A stretch of 64,000 nucleotides of DNA from an uncultured Collinsella sp. (GTDB taxonomy: Bacteria > Actinomycetota > Coriobacteriia > Coriobacteriales > Coriobacteriaceae): contig UQKM01000003.1 of NCBI GenBank assembly GCA_900541685.1, forward strand, positions 69,576 to 133,575. Reading direction: 5' to 3'. Both the position numbers and the translations under genes were made by a program. The notes under the pieces are model-generated. The model worked only from the letters and a program-made list of their open reading frames with translations, was not told the origin of the DNA and made no database searches. Shown here in pieces: positions 18,622-27,811 of the stretch. Position 1 is the stretch's first letter. Each line of letters starts with the position of its first letter.

Positions 18622-20401
18622 ACTCGTTCAGTAGCCTTACGGCTTCGGCGGCCATGTTCTCGACCGTCATGCCGTTCCGCGCAAGCAGTTCGTTGGGGTC
18701 GTAGCGGTCGGGGAAGCCCTTGGCGATGCCAAAGGTGCGCGTGCGCAGCGGCGTGCAGGCCAGATAACATGCCACGCGCTCGCCCCAGCCACCGTCCAAG
18801 ATGCCGTCCTCGAGGGTGACGACAACGCGATGCTCGGCGGCAAGGCTGTCGAGGAACTCACGGTCAAGCTCGGTTGCAAAGCGCGGGTTGACGAGCGTGG
18901 CCTCGATGCCGTACTCGGCGGCTAGGCGGTTTGCCACGCGTTCGCCCAGCTCAAAGAAATCGCCGAGCGCGAGCACGGCCACGTCGCGGCCCTGGCGCAC
19001 CACGTTGTAGTGCGCGAAACCGTAATCGGCGTCCTCGGCGGGCGCCAGATCGGGGCGGCTTACCAAGCCAATGCCCGGCACGCGAATCGCCACGGGATGC
19101 TCGCGGTGGTCGAGCGACCAGCTCAGCATGGACAGATATTCCTCCATGCAGGAAGGCGCCAGGTAGCGCATGTTGGGAAGAGCGCCCAGCATGGAAATAT
19201 CGAAGAACGAGAGGTGCGTCTCGGATGTGGTGCCAAAGATTGATGCGCCAAACACCAGGATCGTCGCCGGGGCATCGTTGAGACACAGGTCGTGCCACAG
19301 CTCGTCGTAGGCACGCTGCAAAAACGTGCCGTACACACCAAAGACTGGCTTGGCGCCCGAGCGCGCAAGCGCGGTGGCAAAGGTCACGGCGTGCTCCTCG
19401 GCAATGCCCACATCGACGAACTGTTTGCCGGCGGCAGCCCGAAGCTCGGGTGTAAAGCCCATGATGTAGGGCGTGGCGGCCGTGATGCCCACAACCTGCG
19501 GATCGCGCTCGATGGCGGCGCTGAGCGCCTCGCCCGTAATGTCGGCATAGGTGCGCGGCGCAGGCTCGCTCGGATGGCCCGGGCAGAGCTTGCGCCCAGT
19601 CGCCATGTCAAACGGACCCACGTGGTGCCAGCGCTCGGGGTCGCTCTGGGCTGGCTCAAAGCCCTTGCCCTTGGCGGTGGAGACGTGCAGTACGATGGGA
19701 TGATCGATATCGCGCAGTTCCTGCAGCGCGTCGACCAAGGCCAACACATCGTTACCGGCGTCCAGATAGCGGTAGTCGAGCCCCATCGCGCGGAAAACGT
19801 TGCGCTCACAGGCGCCGTTGCTGGCGCGCAGCTCGGCCAGATTGCGATACAGGCCGCCATGGTTCTCGGCAATGGACTGGTCGTTATCGTTGACGATGAT
19901 GATCAGGTTGCTGTCGAGATCGGCGGCATTGTTAAAGCCCTCAAACGCCAGACCGCCCGAAAGCGAGCCGTCGCCAATAACAGTAATGACGTTATACGTG
20001 TCACCCGCCAGGTCGCGCGCGTGGGCAAGGCCGCAGCCCAAGCTCACCGAGGTCGAGGTGTGACCCATGGCGAACAGGTCGTGCTCGGACTCGTCAGGAT
20101 TGGCAAAGCCAGAAGCCTCACCATAACGCTCCGGATCGATATAGGTGTACGCGCGCCCGGTCAGCGCTTTGTGTGCGTAGGTCTGGTGCGACACGTCAAA
20201 GACAATTTTGTCGGTGGGGGAGTTAAACACGCGGTGGAGCGCGACCGTGAGCTCAACGACGCCCAGGTTGGGGGCAACGTGCCCGCCGACGGTGGCGGAG
20301 CTTTCGAGGATGGCGTGGCGAATCTCGTCGCAGAGCTGCGGGAGCTCGGCGCGATTAAGAGCCTTGACGTCCTCGGGCGTTGTCGTTTGCGTAAGCAGCA
20401 T
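18620..20401 (-). CDS. dxs: 1-deoxy-D-xylulose-5-phosphate synthase
   Basis: TPP-binding GDG...N motif, transketolase-like pyrimidine domain. Full-length 593 aa. Confidence 0.95.
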   Translation of the reverse strand: MLLTQTTTPEDVKALNRAELPQLCDEIRHAILESSATVGGHVAPNLGVVELTVALHRVFNSPTDKIVFDVSHQTYAHKALTGRAYTYIDPERYGEASGFANPDESEHDLFAMGHTSTSVSLGCGLAHARDLAGDTYNVITVIGDGSLSGGLAFEGFNNAADLDSNLIIIVNDNDQSIAENHGGLYRNLAELRASNGACERNVFRAMGLDYRYLDAGNDVLALVDALQELRDIDHPIVLHVSTAKGKGFEPAQSDPERWHHVGPFDMATGRKLCPGHPSEPAPRTYADITGEALSAAIERDPQVVGITAATPYIMGFTPELRAAAGKQFVDVGIAEEHAVTFATALARSGAKPVFGVYGTFLQRAYDELWHDLCLNDAPATILVFGASIFGTTSETHLSFFDISMLGALPNMRYLAPSCMEEYLSMLSWSLDHREHPVAIRVPGIGLVSRPDLAPAEDADYGFAHYNVVRQGRDVAVLALGDFFELGERVANRLAAEYGIEATLVNPRFATELDREFLDSLAAEHRVVVTLEDGILDGGWGERVACYLACTPLRTRTFGIAKGFPDRYDPNELLARNGMTVENMAAEAVRLLNE

Positions 20402-20629
20402 CGTTGTGGGTTACTCCATGCGAATCGTGCGCCGGCACTCCCTCGGCCGGCACAATTGCACAAGACAGTCTCGCACATTTTGGCGTTTGATATGTGACGG
20501 CGGCGCGGTAATTCGCCAACTGGTGGGGCAAAACGTTTTGTCCGATGCCATACTGATGTGTTCCATGATGTTTTTATCGATTGTGCACAGGCCGTAGCTT
20601 GTCGCCGTGAGTCGCTGGAAGGAGACAGC

Positions 20630-21187
20630 ATGTCTGATGTCGTTCGTGCCGAGAAAATCGCGCGCGAAGTAGACCATGCTGCCCGTCAACTGGCACAGGC
20701 GGGCCGCTTGGGCCTGACGCGCGAGTTTATCCAGCATGGTGACGTGACGGTGTATGCGCATGTGACCTCGGTCGCGCGGGCAAGCCTGTCCTTTGCCGAG
20801 CGTCTTGACCGTGTTGGTATTTCGGTCGACCGCGCCTCGCTGCTGCGCGGAGCCCTGCTGCACGACTATTTTCTCTACGATTGGCACGATCCTGATCCGA
20901 GCCATCGACTGCACGGATTTCGGCATCCATTTTTTGCCCTGGCGCGTGCCGAGGAAGATTTTGAGCTGACGTCGCGCGAACGGAACATTATCGTGCGGCA
21001 TATGTTTCCGCTGGTGCCGGTGCCGCCGACGTGTCGTGAGGCATGGATTGTGTGCCTGGCGGATAAATGGTGCGCTCTGCGCGAGACGATCGCCGGCCGT
21101 CTGCCGCGCAAAGGCGGCGCGAACGATTTGAACGAGGGCACGAGTGACGGTTCGAGCAAAGATTCGAGCGAGAAGAGGAGAGGGTAG
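20630..21187 (+). CDS. HD-domain phosphohydrolase
   Basis: H...HD...H...D metal-binding pattern (AHVTSVA / LLHDYF / HGFRH). Start at the ATG after GGAAGGAGA. Confidence 0.7.
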   Translation: MSDVVRAEKIAREVDHAARQLAQAGRLGLTREFIQHGDVTVYAHVTSVARASLSFAERLDRVGISVDRASLLRGALLHDYFLYDWHDPDPSHRLHGFRHPFFALARAEEDFELTSRERNIIVRHMFPLVPVPPTCREAWIVCLADKWCALRETIAGRLPRKGGANDLNEGTSDGSSKDSSEKRRG

Positions 21188-21190
21188 ACG

Positions 21191-22210
21191 GTGGAAACCG
21201 CGATCGACATGGCATTTGACGGCGCGACGCTTGCCGCCTGTCCGCTTTCGGCGCTGGTGCTCTCGTTTGCCTTCTACGGTTTTTGCGGCTGGGTGTGGGA
21301 GTCGACAGTCTGCGCCATGCTCAACTACGGACGATTTGCCAACAGTGGCTTTTTGCTGGGGCCGTGTTGTCCTATCTATGGTGCGGGCGGTATAGCCTGC
21401 TGGCTGTTGCTGCGTGGGATTCCGGATGCCTCGAGCCAGTTTGTCGCTGCAGCGCTCGTATGCAGCGTGATTGAATACAGTGTTGGTGTGCTGTTGGAAA
21501 AAACAACGGGCGCTCGCTTTTGGGACTATTCGCATCTGCCGTTTAACCTGCACGGGCGCATCTGTCTGTACTGGGCCTGCGCGTTTGGCTTGGGTGCGCT
21601 GTGCATTTGCCGTTTAGTGGAGCCGGCATTGCTGGGGTTGCTTGGCCATCTGCCGGCGCTGATTGTGCGGCTGTCCGCCTTTATCGTCGCGGTCGCGATG
21701 ATGGTCGACGCGGTGTGCTCTTTGGCCAGCTGGCGTCGCCTGTCCGATCAGCTGGAGCGTGTGCGCGCCGACCTTGCCGACCGCATCAACGAGTCGCTTG
21801 CCGATGCCTCGGATTCAATGCTCGAACGCATTCCCGAATCGACGATTGACTCGGTGGCACAGACGCACATCCGCAGCCGTGCCGTTAACGCGTGGCTGGC
21901 CGAGCTGGGTGACGCCGCGCTCGATGCCTTGCGCGATAAGGCTTCGATGCCGACGTTTATCGCGGATGGTGCTCGCGGCCTGGCGCTTGCCGCCCGCCGC
22001 GTGGCCGATGCCGCGCCGAGCATGCCGCGTCCGTCGCTCAGTCGTCGCCTTGCCGGCAAGCGCATGAGCCGTCCGGTGCCAAGCGTGTCGCTCAGCCGAC
22101 GCGACCTGCGCTTCTTCAATGCCTTCCCGCGCTTGCGCATCAACCGCTACGAGGGCGTCATCCGAGCCACCGACCTTCGCGACCGAGCTCGCGAGCTGTT
22201 CCGGCGCTAG
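21191..22210 (+). CDS. membrane protein of the PF06541-like (DUF1113, so-called ABC-transporter type IV) family with long C-terminal Ala/Arg-rich tail
   Basis: WESTVCA...GPCCPIYGAGG motif typical of that family. GTG start after AGGAGAGGG. Confidence 0.5.
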   Translation: METAIDMAFDGATLAACPLSALVLSFAFYGFCGWVWESTVCAMLNYGRFANSGFLLGPCCPIYGAGGIACWLLLRGIPDASSQFVAAALVCSVIEYSVGVLLEKTTGARFWDYSHLPFNLHGRICLYWACAFGLGALCICRLVEPALLGLLGHLPALIVRLSAFIVAVAMMVDAVCSLASWRRLSDQLERVRADLADRINESLADASDSMLERIPESTIDSVAQTHIRSRAVNAWLAELGDAALDALRDKASMPTFIADGARGLALAARRVADAAPSMPRPSLSRRLAGKRMSRPVPSVSLSRRDLRFFNAFPRLRINRYEGVIRATDLRDRARELFRR

Positions 22211-22408
22211 CTGGGACGGGCGCGCTCACGGCTTCCTTGCTCGCGTATTTCCCGTTCGTTTCGCGTCCGTTGCCGCGTCGTTTCCAAGATTGCGGCACCG
22301 TTTCCATTCGACAACGCAGCGTTTAACAACGCCGTATCTGGTCTACACCAGTTGTTCCTCGGCCGCATTATGGGCGCCGACAACGTCCATGCGACCAAGG
22401 GGGAGCGA

Positions 22409-23686
22409 ATGTACGATACGGGATCGACAACGTTTATGCTCATCTGCACTATGCTCGTGTTTTTAATGACACCGGGTCTGGCGTTTTTCTATGGCGGCCT
22501 GTCCAGGCGCAAAAATGTCATCAACACCATGCTCATGTGCTTTGGCGCCATTGGCCTGGTCGGTGTGCTGTGGATTGTTGCCGGCTGGTCGCTGGCCTAC
22601 GGCGGCGACGGCTCGAGTCCGTTTATTGGAGGCCTTGACCAGCTGCTGTGCCTGCCGGTGCTCAACCAGGTGCTGCAGGCGGCCGAGGGCAGTGCCGCGG
22701 ACGGCGCCGTCTACCCCCAGATCATCAACATCGCCTTCCAGATGGCGTTTGCCATGATCACGGCCGCTATCGTGACGGGCAGCCTAGCCGGTCGCGTTAA
22801 GTTTGGCGCCATGACGGCTTTCCTGGGTATTTGGCTGCTCGTGGTCTATGCGCCACTCGCCCACATGGTCTGGGGCGGCGATGGCTCTTTTATCGGCAAC
22901 ATCATCGGCGCGCTCGACTTTGCCGGCGGCGACGTGGTGCACATTTCGTCTGGTCTTACCGGCCTGATCCTCTGCTTAATGCTCGGTCGCCGTCGCGGTT
23001 TTGGCATGGTGAGCTATCGCCCGCATAACGTGCCGTTTGTGGCGCTGGGCGCCGGCCTGCTTTGGTTTGGCTGGTTTGGCTTTAACGGCGGCAGTGAGTT
23101 TAAGGCCGACGCCGTGGCGGCGCTTGCCATCCTTAACACCGTGACGGCCAGCGCGGCGGGTATGGTCTCGTGGCTTGTCGTCGAGCGCGTGCGCACCGGT
23201 CGCCCCACGCTGGTGGGCGCCAGCACCGGTCTGGTCGCGGGCCTCGTGGTGGTCACGCCGGGCGCGGGCTTTGTCGAGCCGTGGGCGGCGCTGGTCATGG
23301 GCCTAATCGTCTCGCCCGTCTGCTACTTGGCTATCAGTCATCTCAAGACCAAGTTTGGCTACGACGATGCGCTCGACGCGTTCGGTTGCCACGGTATCGG
23401 CGGTATCTTGGGCGGCGTGCTCACGGGCCTGTTCTGCGTGCCGGAGCTCTCGTGGACCGGCAAGGGCGGCCTGTTCTACACGGGCGACGTGTCACTGCTC
23501 ATCTCGCAGATTTTGGGCATTGTGGTGACGGTCGCTATTGTACTGGTGCTCGATTTGGTCATCGCCGCGGTAGTCAAGGCGCTGTTCCACGGCAGCCTGC
23601 GCGTGGACGAGGCCGACGAGGCGCTGGGCCTGGATGCGAGTCAACACGGCGAGAGCGCATACCCCTCCTTCTCGGGACTCGATTAG
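22409..23686 (+). CDS. amt: ammonium transporter
   Basis: Amt/MEP signature regions, 11 TM. Start at the ATG after AAGGGGGAG. Confidence 0.9.
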   Translation: MYDTGSTTFMLICTMLVFLMTPGLAFFYGGLSRRKNVINTMLMCFGAIGLVGVLWIVAGWSLAYGGDGSSPFIGGLDQLLCLPVLNQVLQAAEGSAADGAVYPQIINIAFQMAFAMITAAIVTGSLAGRVKFGAMTAFLGIWLLVVYAPLAHMVWGGDGSFIGNIIGALDFAGGDVVHISSGLTGLILCLMLGRRRGFGMVSYRPHNVPFVALGAGLLWFGWFGFNGGSEFKADAVAALAILNTVTASAAGMVSWLVVERVRTGRPTLVGASTGLVAGLVVVTPGAGFVEPWAALVMGLIVSPVCYLAISHLKTKFGYDDALDAFGCHGIGGILGGVLTGLFCVPELSWTGKGGLFYTGDVSLLISQILGIVVTVAIVLVLDLVIAAVVKALFHGSLRVDEADEALGLDASQHGESAYPSFSGLD

Positions 23687-23842
23687 CAGCACGGCTTTCT
23701 CAGGCACCCGACCTTGCCCCTCAAACCGTCGCATGCGTACCGAAGTACGCGGCGCTCCTCTTTCGGGACAATCTCGGGCACCTGGAAAACCCGTGCCATG
23801 TGAAGGTAAATCAATTTCTTTTATTGAAGAGAGGAATTCACT

Positions 23843-24181
23843 ATGAAGAAGATTACGGCGATTGTTCGTGCCGAGAAGCTTGAGGTTCTTAAAGACGCGC
23901 TGTTTGCTGCCAATGTTCGTGGTATGACTATCAATCAAGTGCAGGGCTGCGGCGCGCAGCATGGCTGGAAGGAATACGTGCGCGGCAACGAGCTGCTTGT
24001 CAACACGATCCCTAAGGTGCAGTTCACGCTCATTTGCGCTGATGAACATGTCGATGGCATTGTCGACATCATCTGTAACGCCGCACGCACCGGTGCCGTT
24101 GGAGATGGCAAGATTTGGGTCGAGCCGGTCGAAGAAGTCATCCGCATACGCACCGGCGAACACGGCCCCGCCGCGGTGTAG
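23843..24181 (+). CDS. glnK: P-II nitrogen regulatory protein
   Basis: 112 aa. T-loop region RGNELLVNT...KVQ (uridylylation-site region of the P-II family) and P-II C-terminal signature. Confidence 0.9.
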   Translation: MKKITAIVRAEKLEVLKDALFAANVRGMTINQVQGCGAQHGWKEYVRGNELLVNTIPKVQFTLICADEHVDGIVDIICNAARTGAVGDGKIWVEPVEEVIRIRTGEHGPAAV

Positions 24182-24255
24182 AATCGACCGCCTACCATCC
24201 GCAACGTTAAAATGCTGCAATGAGGCACAAGACTTGCGTTGCGGATGGGCGGATT

Positions 24256-24918
24256 ATGGGTCGCAATAAATATCCCGAGGAGACGGTCGCGAAGATTCTC
24301 GACGCGGCACTGGAGCTATTCTGCGCACAGGGTTATGAGGGGACGAGCATTCAAGATATCGTTGACCGTCTCGATGGCATGACCAAGGGCGCTGTCTATC
24401 ATCACTTCAAGAGCAAAGAAGAGATTTTTAACGCCGCTTTTGATCGGGCGATGACTCCGATTGTTGAGCACCGCCGCTCGATGCTTGGCGTCGGTAATAT
24501 GACCGGAGCCCAAAAGCTCAAGCGACTGTACGCGCCCGAGTCCGTAGTTCCGCAAATTGAGCTATGGGCACGTATGCGTCCTGCAGCAGATCCGGTAAAA
24601 AGCTCGCGTCTTCTGGCGATGCAGTACCAGGGTTCGTTTGGCGAGTCTACCGATGGCTGTCTCTTGCCAGTGATCGAGGAGGGCATCGCCGACGGCTCCA
24701 TTGCGTGCGAATGCCCGCGCGAAGCGGCTGAGGCCGTATCGTTGTTGGCGAATCTTTGGCTGCTGCCGCTGTTCCGTCCGCTTGAGACCAAGGATCGAAT
24801 GCTCTCTCGCGCTCAATGTTTGGCGCAGATGGCTGCCGCGGTGGGACTCGATTTGGGCGAGGAAGTGCTCCAGACAACGGCTCGGATTTGGGACGTATGG
24901 AACAGTGCCGGGTGGTAA
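24256..24918 (+). CDS. TetR/AcrR family transcriptional regulator
   Basis: N-terminal HTH (TSIQDIVDRLDGMTKGAVYHHFKSKEE). Start is uncertain. Confidence 0.8.
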   Translation: MGRNKYPEETVAKILDAALELFCAQGYEGTSIQDIVDRLDGMTKGAVYHHFKSKEEIFNAAFDRAMTPIVEHRRSMLGVGNMTGAQKLKRLYAPESVVPQIELWARMRPAADPVKSSRLLAMQYQGSFGESTDGCLLPVIEEGIADGSIACECPREAAEAVSLLANLWLLPLFRPLETKDRMLSRAQCLAQMAAAVGLDLGEEVLQTTARIWDVWNSAGW

Positions 24919-24920
24919 TA

Positions 24921-25004
24921 TAGATACTGACGGTATGTAATTGATTTGAGAGGGCAGCTTCGGTTGCCCTTTTCAAGTCAATAATTACATACTAACGGTA
25001 TGTA
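24921..25004. promoter_or_regulatory. two near-identical 19-nt palindromes (TAGATAC-TGACG-GTATGTA; TACATAC-TAACG-GTATGTA) flanking a UUCG-loop terminator; candidate TetR operators for the MFS gene
   Basis: Read directly. The second palindrome lies 15-33 nt upstream of the MFS ATG. The intervening hairpin GGGCAGC-TTCG-GTTGCCC is followed by TTTTC. Confidence 0.5.
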
Positions 25005-25018
25005 TAGGGGGCGGACTT

Positions 25019-26281
25019 ATGGCTGGGCTGAGAGACGTCGGCGTCTCGTTGAAATCAAAAACAGTGCGGTCAATCAGGCTCGCGGAACTTCTGGTTGCGC
25101 AGCTGTGCACGTATTCGATGCTGTCGGCGCTGTGCTTTGCGTATCCACTTTACTTGTTCGATTGCAGTGGATCGTCAACGTTATATGGCGTCGTCGTGGC
25201 GACGGCGTTCATACCCGGCGTACTCGCAACTCCGGTTGGCGGAATCTTGGCGGATAGGGGAAGACATCGCGAGATCCTCGTGGCCCTCGGTATTGCTCTG
25301 ATGACTACATCGCTGTTGTCTATCCCCATGAAGCGCTCGTTGCCTCTCGCGGTCGTCGTAGTAGCGATACTTTGTGTTCAATATGGTGTTCAATCGCTGC
25401 TAAAGCCAATGCTCCAAATTGAGACGGTGCGTATGGCGGGTGAAGAGAAGGTTGAGCGGGCCACTGCATTGGTTTCGCAGATGACCATGGTGAGCAATAT
25501 CTTGGGCCCTGCGGTCGGGACGGCAGTCTATGGGTGCTTTGGCATCGATACTCTTTGCACAACCGCGTCGGTGGCGTTTGCGATGTCAGCTCTCTTGTTT
25601 GGGGTCGCACTCAAGCAAAATGCCTCATCTGAAACAATGGGAGACGGCGCGACTCGCACGACATGCCGAAACGATTTTCGGGAGTCGATTCGGTATCTGT
25701 TGCAAAATGCATCATTGGCCGCTGTGATTTTGCTTGCGGCCGTTTTGAACCTTGCGTTGGTTGGGCTAACGATTGGCGCTCCCATTATTGTTACAAAGCA
25801 TTTCGGCATGCAATCGTCCTGCGTTGGGATAGTTGAGGTTGCTCTGGGCTTGGGTGGTCTTGCCGGTAGTGGCTTGGTCGGCATTTGGCCGCATCGCTTT
25901 TCTCTCAATGGCATATGTCGATATGTTGCGATGATCTGTTTTGGAGTCGTACCGATTATTGTTACGCTACTGTTCGGCGCAGATGTATGCGTGTTCACCG
26001 TGTTTGCGGTTGGTTCGGCATGGATCATGGTGTGGGCAAGCATTGCGTCGGTTGAAATCACCGCGTTTGTTCAGCGGGCAGCGCCGACTGAGCTCTGCGG
26101 AAAAGTGCTTTCGGTCGTTTACATGGTCCTTTCCTGCGCAACACCTATCGGCCAATTGACGTACGGGGTTGCATATGATCGATGGACACCGGTGATTGTA
26201 TTCGCAGGCATGCTGGCGGTGCTGACGTTGACGACGGCGCTGTTTTATCGGCTGAAAAGCTGCTTGTGGCGATTGTCTTAA
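25019..26281 (+). CDS. MFS transporter
   Basis: 12-TM major facilitator architecture; motif-A-like GGILADRGRHRE. Confidence 0.85.
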   Translation: MAGLRDVGVSLKSKTVRSIRLAELLVAQLCTYSMLSALCFAYPLYLFDCSGSSTLYGVVVATAFIPGVLATPVGGILADRGRHREILVALGIALMTTSLLSIPMKRSLPLAVVVVAILCVQYGVQSLLKPMLQIETVRMAGEEKVERATALVSQMTMVSNILGPAVGTAVYGCFGIDTLCTTASVAFAMSALLFGVALKQNASSETMGDGATRTTCRNDFRESIRYLLQNASLAAVILLAAVLNLALVGLTIGAPIIVTKHFGMQSSCVGIVEVALGLGGLAGSGLVGIWPHRFSLNGICRYVAMICFGVVPIIVTLLFGADVCVFTVFAVGSAWIMVWASIASVEITAFVQRAAPTELCGKVLSVVYMVLSCATPIGQLTYGVAYDRWTPVIVFAGMLAVLTLTTALFYRLKSCLWRLS

Positions 26282-26342
26282 CGCGCTGGGGCACCGTGAA
26301 TTTGCGGAGGCAGTGGCCCGCCGCGCCGGGACGGCATTGTTT

Positions 26343-26396
26343 GGGCATGCCTCTCCTTCGTCTACAATATCGTGCAGACGAAGGAGAGGCATGCCC
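26343..26396 (+). promoter_or_regulatory. 21-bp perfect inverted repeat (GGGCATGCCTCTCCTTCGTCT / AGACGAAGGAGAGGCATGCCC) with 12-nt loop ACAATATCGTGC; it encloses the SD and first ATG of the HAD gene
   Basis: Read directly. The SD AAGGAGAGG lies within the right arm and the gene ATG at 26397 abuts the stem. The loop contains a TACAAT -10-like hexamer. Confidence 0.7.
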
Positions 26397-27254
26397 ATGA
26401 TCAAGATGTTCGCAAGTGACCTAGACGGAACGCTGCTTAACGCCCTGCATGAGGCGGATGGGACCATCCGCCGTGCCATTCGCGAGCTGACTGAGGTTGG
26501 CCTGCACGTGGTTCCCGCGACCGGACGCTCGACGCTGCCGATCGGCGAACATGGCTTTACGGGGCTGGCGCTTGACGCCTGCTGCTCTAACGGCTCCATC
26601 GTGCGCGACAGCCATGGAGAGGTGCTCAAGACCTGGACTATCGATCCGCAGATTACCGAGGAGCTGCTCAAGGAGTTTCCGGACATTTGCTTTGATTGCT
26701 CCACGCCCGATGGCATGTTCTCGAGCGGCTCGTTCGAGATGCACCAGGCGGGCTTTAAAAGGGACAGTCCTATCAAGCGCATCGTGATGCGCGGTATGCG
26801 TGCGCGTGGCGGGTACCACGAGGAACAGTATTTCGATCAGTCGATCGGCGATATCTTGCGTCACGATGTATGCAAGATCAATTGTCGCGTGATCTCGCCC
26901 GAGTTGGAGCGCGACCTTAAGGCGTATCTTGCCGAGCGTTCGGACCGCGTGGTCAACGCGCCGTTCGATCCGGTGATGTTCGAGATCACGGACGTGGCAT
27001 GCAACAAGGGCGAGAGTGTGGCCTGGCTGGCGGGCTACTACGGCATTGCCGAGGACGAGGTTGCGGTTTATGGCGACGGCGGAAACGACATCGCCATGCT
27101 CAAGCGTTTCCGCCACAGCTACGCGACCAAAAACGCTAGCGATGCAGCTAAAGCCGCCGCGAGCGCAACTATCGGCAGCTGCATGGTCCACGCCGTTCCC
27201 AAACACATGCTCGCCACCATGCGCAAGCAGAACTCTCACACTGTCATCGAATAA
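26397..27254 (+). CDS. Cof-type HAD-IIB family hydrolase
   Basis: DLDGTLL motif I and C-terminal GDGGNDIAML motif. Confidence 0.8.
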   Translation: MIKMFASDLDGTLLNALHEADGTIRRAIRELTEVGLHVVPATGRSTLPIGEHGFTGLALDACCSNGSIVRDSHGEVLKTWTIDPQITEELLKEFPDICFDCSTPDGMFSSGSFEMHQAGFKRDSPIKRIVMRGMRARGGYHEEQYFDQSIGDILRHDVCKINCRVISPELERDLKAYLAERSDRVVNAPFDPVMFEITDVACNKGESVAWLAGYYGIAEDEVAVYGDGGNDIAMLKRFRHSYATKNASDAAKAAASATIGSCMVHAVPKHMLATMRKQNSHTVIE

Positions 27255-27283
27255 TGTGACAAAGGGACTGTCCCTTTGTCACA
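27255..27283 (+). repeat. palindromic variant D (TGTGACAAAGGGAC-T-GTCCCTTTGTCACA)
   Basis: Shares the AAAGGGAC core; starts 0 nt after the HAD hydrolase stop. Confidence 0.75.
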
Positions 27284-27410
27284 CTGAGCCATGATCCCTT
27301 GGAGTACGAACACATATTCGTATATATGAGCAAGCTCTGTTAGAATCGGTATCGTTGGCGGCAGTTCCATGTGCCGGGCAGCGCCCTCCATTTGATGGGA
27401 GGTGATGCCC

Positions 27411-27536
27411 ATGACCGATTTGATTGATTTTGTGAGGCTCCTGACCGCCTTGGTCTCGCTCCTCACGACGCTCATCGGACTTTCCGAGGCACTCAAGCAA
27501 CGTTCGAAGCAACGTAAGAGGGGTCGCCGCCGTTAA
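27411..27536 (+). CDS. 41-aa small membrane peptide candidate (MTDLIDFVRLLTALVSLLTTLIGLSEALKQRSKQRKRGRRR), type-I-toxin-like architecture
   Basis: GGAGGTG SD 7 nt upstream. A single TM helix followed by a strongly basic tail. It lies in an otherwise gene-free 560-bp region and is followed by a hairpin. Confidence 0.35.
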   Translation: MTDLIDFVRLLTALVSLLTTLIGLSEALKQRSKQRKRGRRR

Positions 27537-27811
27537 GGCGTTGACCCCCTAAAACAAGCAACGGCGCTGCCCAGCCAGCTACAACTTGGGCTGCCGTCGA
27601 CACTATTCTACCCATGAATGACATTTTGGACAATCGGTAATGCCGCTCCAAAAGCCAGGCACAATCGACACGACCCAGGCGGTCGCTGAACGTGACAAAG
27701 AAACTGCTCCTCTGTCACATCCCAAATATTGCCTTTACGTGTTGATGCACACGGTGTGCAATAATACTCGCACTGTGCAATAGCGCACAGGTTGAGTAAC
27801 AAGGAGGACGC

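Noticed and set aside
23700-23830. Sigma-54-type promoter upstream of glnK
   Set aside because: GGCACCTGGAAAACCCGTGCC does not match the TGGCAC-N5-TTGCA spacing, and it is more simply a small hairpin.
27236-27496. 86-aa minus-strand ORF
   Set aside because: It overlaps the better-supported plus-strand 41-aa ORF and promoter elements and has no SD.
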